Assembly (NCBI GenBank): GCA_036172245.1 | Contig: JAYWIR010000004.1 | Span: 2,604,001 to 2,668,000, forward strand | Direction: 5' to 3' | DNA length: 64,000 nucleotides | From: Raillietiella orientalis | Taxonomy: Eukaryota | In this document: piece by piece, positions 1-10,800 of the stretch | Layout: each line of letters starts with the position of its first letter | Numbering within the stretch: the first letter of the stretch is position 1 | The notes under the pieces: generated by a model | Seen by the model: only the letters and a program-made list of their open reading frames with translations | What the model was told of the DNA's origin: nothing | Databases searched by the model: none | Position numbers and translations under genes: made by a program

Positions 1-3000
1 CAGCACGGGAAGTTTCATCCAAACGCGAGCTCAAGTCGCCGTTCTTAAGACTCTGTCGTGAATCGAACCCTTAAAAAACACACACACATTTTTATGAGGT
101 GGAGGAGGTGCCACGCCTTTAGAAGATTGGTGTCACAGGAAGCGGAACTGTTTGTTTCTCCGACTCCAAATTTCATCGGAAATCACAGAAAGGGTGGCGT
201 TTTTGAGAACGATTCCTAAGCAACGGATACGGATAGCCGCCGGCTAGCGCTACAATTTGAAGCAGCACCAAATGTGAATAAAATCTAGGTAAGGAAAGGA
301 AAAAAAGTTAAAATTCATCATCCGTGCAGTTTTCTTCCCTCTTTGGTTTGTGGACCACTCCGTTTTTCCCGCTTTGCGCTGAAAGGAAAAAGCATGTACT
401 TTCGGAGACCACGTTTTTTGAAGTGCGACCGCACGTTCGGAAGCTCTCTTTTAAGGTTTCGTGCCAAATTCATAGGGTGTTCTGTTGGTCCGATGGCCGG
501 TATGGTCACAGGTCGCGAACGTACGTCTCTGCTTCTGAAATGAAAAGCATTTGAAAAATATATCAGATTCTCTCATCGGTATATAATGAGAGAATTTCCA
601 AGCATTCTTTGGAGGAAAAAAAAAACCAAAACAAGAACAAGCGTTGTTTCTTCCTTTTGAATAAGGAACACATTTCGTTTCTTTTCCTTTTTGGTGCCAA
701 ATGCAGTAAAAAAAAAAAAAAAAAAAAAAACTACTCTTTTACTTCCCAACACAGGTTGAGATTTTGCATACGTACCTCCGTTGAAAGGCCATTTCGAGGG
801 GACCTTATTAGTATTGATGAACTTGGCCTTTATGGCGCGCAGAATCAACCGTGCGACGCTAGGAGAAATAAATCGGCTCCATAGCAACGAATGTGGCTAA
901 TTTGCGACGATCTTGTAGTTCTATTTCTGGACATATCAGCAAATTTAGAGACCGAATGGAAAGTGATTGCCAATTTGAAGAGATGCTGCTGCTGCTATCT
1001 GCGACTGCCTTCCTGTGGCCACGCGGCGAAGACGTAGGAGGACATCGGAAGCGTTCTTTGACATCGTCACTGGTTTGCTCTTTGCTGTTTGCTCCGGAAT
1101 CTCTAGGGCGTGTTTTTTTCCTCGCGAAATCCCTTTGCGGAAGTTGCAGATTTGTGGTCTGAATCGATGTATCTTCGAAGGAATAAGAAAAAAAAAAAAT
1201 TCCAAGTTTTCCTTACTCGCTCGATTGGAATCAGCAAAACTCGAATCGCATCGGCACGTCAAGTGAAGAACGGTGGAGTGTTTCCCCCCCCCCCCCCCCC
1301 CCAAAATAATGATATCCGACGTTTTCGTTGTTGTTTCGTTTTCCAGGTTATTCGATTTCTCTGAACTGTGAGCATAATTATGTTAATGAACATGATACTG
1401 TGAGCATAATTCCATTAATGGCAGTAGATGTAAGCTCGACGCCAGCTCGATCACTGCCAAGCAAATACACTTCGATTCCGGGAAACCACCCTTTATGCAC
1501 ATTCCACAAGTCACCTTCTCGTAATCTATTCTTGTTTACTGCTATACGAATAATCGGCATGCTCAAGAATTCCAAACGAGCTGGCTGAAAGGCTTGGTAA
1601 CATGAATAAGTGTTTTCGGGCCTCGATAAACATGACCGTCAAACTTCCATTGATGTCCTCTCTATAATTACAGCTTGCAAGGCACTAAAGGATGATGCAA
1701 ACTTTTCAATGCTACAACATTTCTGTCGCAACCCCGAAATTTCATTACTTGCTTTTGCTGTTTTTTTTTTTCTTCTTTTCTCTCTCTCTCTCTCCCCTTC
1801 CTCCTCCTCCTCTTCTTCTTCTTCTTCTTCTTCTTCCTTTCTGGTCTTTCTTTTATTATGCATTGCGAGGCGGAGACGGTTTATTTTCATATCGTAACCT
1901 TGGAGTTGGACTGACGACGTATTAGCATGTACGTACTCTCGTTTACGTCCATTTGCAGAAACATGCTGGAAACAAGGCTCTTTGCGGCTGAATTTTTCCT
2001 TCATGGGCTCCCGATGCACAGCCTCCGGGGGGGAGGAGAGGGAGGGAAGGCCATCAGCTGCTTTGCACTCTCAATGGGCTTGCGATGGTCTTTGTTTTTA
2101 TTTTTGAGTTTTGTGCAGTGGTGAGTCTGGGGGAGGTGGACGAGGAACTTGAGCTGATGAGAAATGAGAATTTTGAAAATCCGTATCCGGCCGCCGCGTA
2201 GTAAAAGTGGGCAGTTCAAAACATGCCTTTTTCCCTCGAAGAGATGCTGCCGCTGTGCCACGAGGCGTACATGTGTGACATACTCATCCATGTCACAAAT
2301 CATTTGGGGACCGTTTGTAAGTGTCGCGCTCGAAACGTTCCGCCAGCGGAGGTGTTTGCCTTTTGACACGTTTTACTGCTCCATGTAGCCGCTTCTCTCT
2401 TTTTTGTAAAAAAAATAAAATAAAATATTTGCAAAGAAGGCATCGTTGATATTTCTTCGTAAAGAAATCCCTAAAAAAATCATTTCATTACTTGCATTTG
2501 GAGTTTCTTGAATTCGTCATGATGACTGTATATTGAAAGCTGTGTTGCTCCCTCCAAAAAAAAAAAAAACAAGTGCTATAGATGACAAACCAATTGATCG
2601 ATTTTTTTTTTTTTTTTGGGGGGGGGGAGGGTATGCCATTTCGGGTGGTATATTTTTCCTTAGTGAACTACAGACCTTAAAGGTGATCGACTCATCAATC
2701 TTCCTATGTTTTCATCACTTCGAGGTACACCGAGAGGCAGTGTTTTCAGCTCCGGAACACAGCGGATGAAACCATCGTCGGATCAACCGGCCCGAAAACA
2801 CGCATCGAGGACTCGCACTGAAGGTTAACCACACGTGCTCTTGTGGCATTTTCTTCTTGCCTGAGATACACACCGAGGCACTTGTGGAAACGAACAAGCA
2901 GCTTATTGCATTCAGGTGATACAAAGGAAGAAAAAAAAGCTGTGGATGCTGGTAGCCACGATTCCCGAAGCAAAAATCAGCAGCATTTGTTGGAGAATGC

Positions 3001-3929
3001 AACGAGAGGTGGGAACAGAACCGATCACATGGCTTCGGTTCTAAACGCAAAGAATGTTTGACTTCGCACCTAAGAAAGCTTCAGCCTTTATTTTTCGTGG
3101 ATTCGACCGCATCCCCAGCAAACCCTACAAACATTCCTCTCTCAACGTTTATTTTCACGAAGACAAAAGAGGGGGAAACGGAATCCATTAACCCACAGAC
3201 AAAACGAATTGAAACCAATTAAGCAGACCAAGGAAGGCCTGGAAGCTCAAAGCCAAATTTTTCCCTGATCAGATATCCCAGCCCAGATTCTTATCACACA
3301 CACCAACTCACAAACTGCGACTTTCCTTTGGTCTTTCTCCGATTCCAGGTTCGAAGCGCTAAAGTGACCCTTTTCGAGACAGCACTTGCCGAATCCCAGC
3401 AGTGCCGGGACATGGGAAAACCCGAGCAGGCGATTGTCCTCCCCGTTCGTTACAGTAGGCTCCCCATTTCTGCAGCTTGGGCCCCTGTTCGTCGTGTTTT
3501 TGTGGATCGTTACTTGAAATCCTCCTCACAGCTTCGCGCTGGTCCCTTCAGGCAACCACTTCTTCGAACATCTGAAGCATCAAGTGATGCGGTTCCATTT
3601 CCGGGACGGAGAACACTTCGAAGATGTAGCTGTCTCCAGCAACAACCTCTTGAGGTTTACAATCCGAGCATGCACGCCAGGGACGTCAAGGGATGTGGGC
3701 TAACACTTGCAAGAGCTCAAGAACTGTTAAGCAGTGTACGAGCGGTATTTCGTGTGTAGTTTTTTTTTTTTCCTTTTTTTGTTTTGCTTTGTTGATGAAA
3801 TCACTCCGAGTGTCAACTGTTCTGATCATCCCGCGCTAATGCTAGACACATCTCGTTTTCCCAACGCTTTCACTCCTTCACCGAAACTGCGGAGAAAAGG
3901 AACTGTACTGAGGAGATCGTTGTCATGCT

Positions 3930-5035
3930 CTAGACCACCACATCAGTTTCCTCCTTTGAAGCCTGGCGGCAGGAACCGTTGCATGGCTGGGCAAAGCACC
4001 AGGATGTTTCCCTCCTGGAACTCCGTTGCGCTCACCTCTCCCCGTACTGCACGGTGGATGAGGTGTGCAAGTGGACTCGCCTGGCCAGGAGAAGTGGACT
4101 CGCCTGGCCGTCACGCCCCTCGCCGACGCGCTGTCAGCCCTCAGGGCAAGAGATGACAGCTGCGAACCGGCGAGATGGGAGGTCGCCTGCACCATCGCAG
4201 GAACAACACGACCCATTGGTGGCAGGAGGACTTGCGAGCTGGCAGACGCCGCCACGCCTCGCCACGTTCCGAAGAGACTCCTTCGGTGGAGTGAACACTT
4301 AAGTGTGCCCCCCGAAGAACTTGTGGTCCCTCCCTCCTGTTTGAACACTTCTGTGTTCCCCCTTTCGTGGAAGCAGGACGTCATCATGCTGGTGCATTGG
4401 GGTTTTCACTCCAATCAGCGGACGAACCGTGTTTCCGGGGGAGTTGTCTCCCCAAACTGTAAGCGGTGCGGGGAAGTGGAAACGCTCCCTCACCTGCTCC
4501 TGGACTGCGGTGCCCTTCTAGGACTTTGGCGGAGGCTAACCTCAGCTCTCCTGCACCAAGGGGAGACCGCAAGAGACTTGATGCGCCGCTTCTTCACGCC
4601 AGGCGGCCTGTCTTTAGGTGCTGTCGTTGCAACCGTGTGTTGCACCCGCGCCATCGACAAGGCCCACCGAGAGTTGGAGAAGCTGGCCATCCTTCGTCAG
4701 CCCACCGGATTAGCCAGCGCAAACATGTCGTCGGCTGCCGAGTGGGCCCACCTACCAGAGAGCGTGAGGAGAGAGATCGCCGGCATCCATCGCCGGTTCT
4801 GAAAGAAAGGAACGGCCGAACCAAAGACCCCTGTCCCCTGCCCTCCATATTTTTCTTTTTTTTTTTTTATAGTAGTGTATTTGTGGTCCCCTCCCTCCCG
4901 TTCCGGACTTTCGGCATACCGACCTGCGTGTCGGGGATCCCACCCCCTTCGTCTCTTGTTTTTCCCTTTGTCCAGGAACTCTGTTCCCGGATAGTTTTTA
5001 ATAAACGCCCCGGCGCACCCGGGTGATAATCAGTT
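3930..5035 (+). mobile_element. 5'-truncated L1/Tx1-like non-LTR retrotransposon relic (3' end of ORF2 with zf-RVT-type zinc finger, 3' UTR and tail)
   Basis: ORF 4065..4802 contains CKRCGEVETLPHLLLDC (CxxC-ET-H-C, the C-terminal zinc knuckle of L1/Tx1 ORF2). It aligns by eye to 59803..60168 and to the minus-strand copy at 60.7-61.7 kb. A T-rich 3' UTR follows, with a hairpin at 4971-4991 and AATAAA at 5000-5005. The 5' boundary is approximate. Confidence 0.8.
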
Positions 5036-7144
5036 TCCTTCTCCGGCTTCACTTTATGAGAAGTTTCTGGCTTGACGCTTACTGAAAGTTGGTCTCTTTG
5101 CAGCCTACCCAGTAGGCGAACTCATGTTTAGGGTGCAGTGGTTTCCCCCTCTTAGTGTAGGAGTATTTTGAATAAATTTCCAACTGTGCTGGCCTCAGGA
5201 AGAGAAAGATGAATAAATTCTAATATTCATGGATTTGAAGGCCAGCAATGTAGGAGAACTGAAAGGGGCTTCATGTGGCACATGGATACTTTGTAAAAAT
5301 CGCAGAAAAAATGACTCGCTTTTTTGGAGCCAAAATCTTCTTTTAAGGGGAGGGGGAGGGAAGAGATTCTATGAAATTCTTATGGAGCTCCTATTTCCTT
5401 CGTAGAATTAACTGGGATCTTGTGCTTGTACCATTTACCTACTTGTGATCATAGAATTATTTGTACTTCGATTCTTTTTTTTTGGAGGGGGGGGGAACTA
5501 CATCCAGCATCATAAAAGTTAAACTTACCGATAAAATTATATGCTCCATTTTGAGATCCAGGCTTACCAGTGTTTTGTATCATAGGATAAAATAAATTCG
5601 GTCTGTGGGAACCAGTAAGAAAAGTAAATATTCCTTCTTTTCTTTGTTTCCTAGTGGTTCATCCATTAATAACACTTTTGAAATCACTACCCGGAACAGG
5701 TAACGCTCTGCTGAATAGTTGGTCCGCAGCTCCATTGGCAGTTTTCTGGGAGAGGAGTTATCGGTTTCATTTCGAGAAAAATGGAAATAATCCAGTTTCG
5801 GTCTAAAACTTTGGCTCGGTGACGTTTCCCATCGATGAAGAAGTATCTAACCAACAACTAGATGCTTGAACGCTTCGTCGGTGATGACGTTGCATAGCCG
5901 GATGGAACTAAGCATCTTGCTTCCTCGACGACAACAGCGGCAATGGTGTCGTAGACGATCCACGTCCACCTGTCCGTTTTTCCTATTGAAGTCACAAGTT
6001 GAACTGATCTTGTCCAGGAAGCCAGAAGATCAAAGCAGCAAAGGCACGTTTTGTGAAAGATGCGAACACGTGAAAGTTCAATTTATGAACGAAGAGGCGA
6101 TCCTCCAAGATTCTTGCTCGGAACGGCCGCGCCTTTCCAGTTGCGTGTTTTTATGCAGGAATGTAAGGAATTGCCAGGCAAGTAATCTTTAAAGATTGAG
6201 GCTGCTACTGCGATCATGAAGATCGAGAGCTACGACTAAGCATCCAGAGTCGATTCGCAAAAGGAGATCAACGTCTTTTCTTTCTCTTCCTATCTTCAGA
6301 TCTCTCATTAGAATTATGGCGAGCCAGCTATTAATTCATCATTCTAAATGATTTGCCGGTTTCCTTTTTCTCGCTCTTCCGCTCTCAAAACAGCAATGCA
6401 GAGAAACAGTCACAACGAAATTCAGCAGAGTTCCAAATGCTCTGCTGAAAATCTGTTGCAGAACAATCTCGAGTAAAAGTTGGAGATTCAGCATGCTGTA
6501 CTTCACCCAGGAGAACAAGTTCATCATTCGTATTCGATTGATTTTTAGCTCTCTTAGCAGGTAGTGATGAAAAGAATTTTATAGACTTCTGCAAACGATC
6601 GCTTGGTCCTGGAACCAAAAGGATTCAAGTACATTAAGAGAAAGTACTCTTCCGTTTTGTGTTAAAGAGAATTGATTTGCTAGGATAACGCGGAATTCCT
6701 GCTCTCCTTGTGCAGTTCGAATTACTCATGATAAATCCATACTCAGGAGGTCTTTCAAAGTTTCCATTATTCATTAGAGACTAGGTGTACTATGAAAATC
6801 ACACCTAGCAGCATAACAACTGTGCGATTTTGCTTTGCATGTCACTGAGTAAAGACAGGCTCTGGAAGAGGAAACCGTCCCTCCAAAGTCAATCCCGTAA
6901 GGCCGCTAATGAAAAGAGCTCAACAGAGCCATAACACGTTCAGATTTCCCTTAAATATTCGTAAAGAAATCGTATTCTGCCTTTGGTTGCAAATAGTGCA
7001 GAGTAATGATCATTGTGAAACCAGCAGAAAACTGCTACTGTGTACCGATGAAGGCAGACACCGTAATGTACATTCGTCTGAGGAAGGTGGAACGCTGAGA
7101 AGAGCTGCTCTTCAGTAGGGGCAAAAGGTCTCTAGTCTTCTTTA

Positions 7145-7890
7145 TTCTTCAAGATAGGGGACAACCCGGAAGGGGGTCCGCCCTATGAATCCAGGAAGGG
7201 CTCGGAGTCCGTTCCTCTCACGCTTGGGGAGGGATCCCCCCCGGACAGGGGGGATAGCACCTCCCACCCAGGTTGTCTCCGAAGGGGAACCCCGAAGGGA
7301 ATCTCCTTTCTCATTCTCTCCGGAGGGACACACACCCCTAATGGGGAAGGGCTGTCTTCTCCATTTCAACTTCTCCAAAGGGAACCCTGAAAGGATCCGC
7401 AAGTACGAATTTCTTCTCCGGAGGGAACCCGCAAGGGAACCGCTCCTGTTCACTCTTCTGAAGAGAACCCTAAGGGGACGCTTCCGAAACTCAGAAGGGG
7501 CGCTGCAGCTTCCCGCGGGGGATCGCTCTCGCTTGCTTCCTTGCACTCTTCTGGAGAGGCGGCGACTCGAAAGGTTCCCCCGCAACAGGGGGGTCTGCTC
7601 CTTTGAACAACTGGAGAGGTGCCCGCGAGGGCTCCTGCTCCATCTTGAAACCGAAGGGGTCCCCCGGTGGGGGGAGTCCGCTCTCCGTTGCACGACCGGA
7701 GGGGGAACTCCCCACTCCTTTATTCCTGGAAGGACCCGAAGGTCTCCCATTTTTCTTGCCTTCATCGGGGGCCTCCGGCTTAATCTACCGCCAGTGCCAC
7801 GCCCGAATGAGTAGGACAGCCAGCGCCATTGCAGGAGAAACTCAGAACCCGACGACGCAGTGGCGTCAGAGTTTCTGACGGAGTATTCGA
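7145..7890 (+). mobile_element. Dispersed repeat: sub-repeat 'head' module plus start of the LINE post-RT region, 3'-truncated
   Basis: 7145 TTCTTCAAGATAG...TATGAATCCAGGA...TCCGTT.CTCTCACGC matches the reverse complement of 61990-62074. 7213-7885 matches the reverse complement of about 28275-28785. It has internal TTCTCCGGAGGGAACCC-like sub-repeats. Confidence 0.7.
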
Positions 7891-10800
7891 ACCCGCGACA
7901 CATAGTGCCAAGCGCGGAAGCCTTAACCACAAAGCCTCCCACGCGGGCAGTATTGTGGAATAACAACAAGTCATTGGTAACATTCACCTTAGAACAGCGT
8001 GAGCTGGAAGTTCATATTCACGAGCGCAAACTTTTTGCCGAAATGAAACAAGTGACCACCTTGTATTCATTTTAAAGTTCCCTTGAGGGTTTACAGATTC
8101 CTCTTTTATGATGCCGTCACAAAACTTCTCTCTGAATACTCGAAGCAAGAAGAAGAACGGAGCATTCGCAGTGAAATTCACTGGGAATATTTTCATTTTT
8201 CCTTCAAAAGGTAAAATACAAATGGAAGATCAAAACCTGCGCATAAAACATGCAGCGAGATGGGAGATTTGGATATCACAGGATGTTCCACGATAAGTCG
8301 GGGATGCGTAAAGGAGGTTCCAGTCCACGAAAAAAGATTCGTCAAAGAAGGTTGCTGTCGGCTTCGCCACAGAAACCAGAGGACGCGCGCCTTTTTGGAA
8401 ACTGAGCTGTCGTCAGTCAGAGCCATTATGAAATACTTGTCAGCATGCTCGGATGACGTTCTATAAAATATTATGATCATTTGAGCATGATGGGTGACAA
8501 ATTCCAGTATCTCCGAAACGGCAATCGAGTATGCTGCAAAAGAAAGACTGTTCACTTATTCACGGTCATGTGTTCCTTCATTCCAATCACCATGGAATTT
8601 CAGGATTAATGAATGAATCGAATTTTCACAGAATACCGGAAACATCCCAGGAAAATGAACAATGAGAGGAGAAGCTTCTGAAAGACTTCAATCTGATCTT
8701 CCTTGTGCGCAAAAGATTATGTACCGCACTTGAAAAAACTGGACAAAAAACGAAAAAAAGGAAAGTGCAGGCCAGCGATATTTTTCAAATGAAAGGTGGA
8801 GCAAAGATAAGTTCGAATTTGGAATGTAAGGAACAGGTGAAAACGGATCTACCGAAAAATACTCCAAGGACGAGGAAAAAAAGAAGGAAGTCATGACCTC
8901 TGAATCAAGAAAGGGAGAAATGATGCAGCAAAACGTAGTCCAAAAAGGCCATCAGCGAATCAAGCCACATTGAGATTTCCTATTTCCACTCAAGACAGCA
9001 ATGCTAGATCATAGCGATCATTTCGATGCAAATCCACAGGCTCGATGAAAGGTCGGGTATTCTTTGTCTTAAATCCTCTCCGATCGCTTCCTGTCATCAA
9101 GGAAGATTCGATCCCTTCCCGATAATGACCACGAACGCTCTTGAAGAAGCTGGAGAGCCTATCCGTGGATACCTCTTAGTATGTGAGGCAAATAGGAAAA
9201 GGGTTTGGTTCCTTAATTAGGCAAACCATTCTTGATTCCGAATGTTCCACTGTACGCACACCACACGCATGCGATTTGGGAAATCCTGGTCAACAAGTTT
9301 GCGAAAACAACGGAAAAATGGAATAACTATCTAGAAACTTTCGGAATGGATCTTCGCCTTGCTCTTTTCCATAATCGCTATCTCTCTTCGGAATAGTTGT
9401 TTTCCGAACAAAGACTGGAGATCGAAGAGAAATGAGCACATCAAGACGATTTACATATCGTCTAAGAGATCGGAACACCAAAGAGAAAGAAAGACATTTC
9501 CTCCTTGAGGTTTTATTAAGTCCTCTGATTTTCTTGTTCGAAGTGAATTGTCAGTTTTAGTTGCCAGATCTAGGAGAGAGGATCGCTCACGTTTCAAACT
9601 GCGGGGTATGGAGCATTCTCGCCCAGCAGTTTTGCAACTGGATCGTTTGAGTGCAACTCTCTGCTTCATATTAGTAAAACATCAGGATATTTGAAGTTTC
9701 CGCACCATGGATCGACTTCCGTGTCACTAAAATGAGCCTGTCTTTTTTCTTCAGCTGTCCTCAGCTCTCCCTCCCTTAGCAACGGCTGAAAAAAGAGGAA
9801 GGAAAGAAAAGCAAATGCTTCCCCAAAAGCACTTTGTTGAAAAGCGATCAGAAATGATGACTTGAAGGAGTTTAACTAAAATTTTGGCTTTATCATCTGG
9901 GACACGGGAATTGGAAACCGAGAAACCCGCCAACCATCTATCCTGTTCGTTCCGATTTCGTGCTTCCAAGCCTGGTCACACCAGGTTCTTCCATTCTTTT
10001 GTGGGATGTTCGTAGCTTATGCGTTCAGACCACTCTGAGACCTTCGTAAGGGAGAATAATTCTACAAATTTTTCACCTCCCCCCTTGATGCGTGATTCCC
10101 TTCCTTCCTGATCTCTCGAGAAGGAGAGGAAAACCAAGAGATAAGCTCAGAAAGACCGATTCAATTGGAGATCAGGATGGGTCTTGTATTTCAACAAGAC
10201 TGGAAATTTAGAAAAATCGGAAACTCGAGAGTTGGAAACCAGAAACGGAACCAATGCCTGGAGGTTGAGTTACCTTGAAAATGCTTCCGTAGACATCAAA
10301 ATACGGCATAAGAGGACGCATGGAGTGCACCGAGGTAACTTTCATCGTAAGCTAAGCAATTCATCACAAAACTTTCAGCAGTTCCGTGTGCTCCAGAAGG
10401 CTGGGATGGATGAGAACAAAGTTCACGTGAAACTCGAACCTTTCCACTTGGTTATAACATCCATTGTAAGCAAAGTCTGTTTCCCAGAAAGTAGGCATCT
10501 CAGAATGCACACGAAAGTTGTTAAAATCGAAGCGGCTGTTCCTGGCAAGTATTCCCATGCCTGTTTCTTGTGGTTTCATTCTGAGAAGTATTTTTCAGTT
10601 TTGATACTATATAAAAACCCTCTTTATAAAAGCATATGAAAAACCTTGCCACTCGTCTGCCATAAGGTGTATATTGATCATCCAACGATTGAAAGTTCTC
10701 TTTGAAGTGAAATGAATGTAAGACAAGGAAGCACACACAAAGAAAAGAAATAAAAAGCTGCGATTAGCTCACACTGGTCAGCACAGCATGAAACGAAGTT

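Noticed and set aside
1..3750. Short ORFs, weak similarity to 23.4-25 kb, and a possible extra minus-strand LINE fragment at 3.3-3.75 kb
   Set aside because: The similarities are too short and degenerate to support by eye, and the ORFs are driven by homopolymers and microsatellites.
7142..7987. 281-aa minus and 209-aa plus ORFs over the head repeat
   Set aside because: No recognisable domain, and the frames are not preserved in the homologous copies at 28.3-28.8 and 61.8-62.1 kb.
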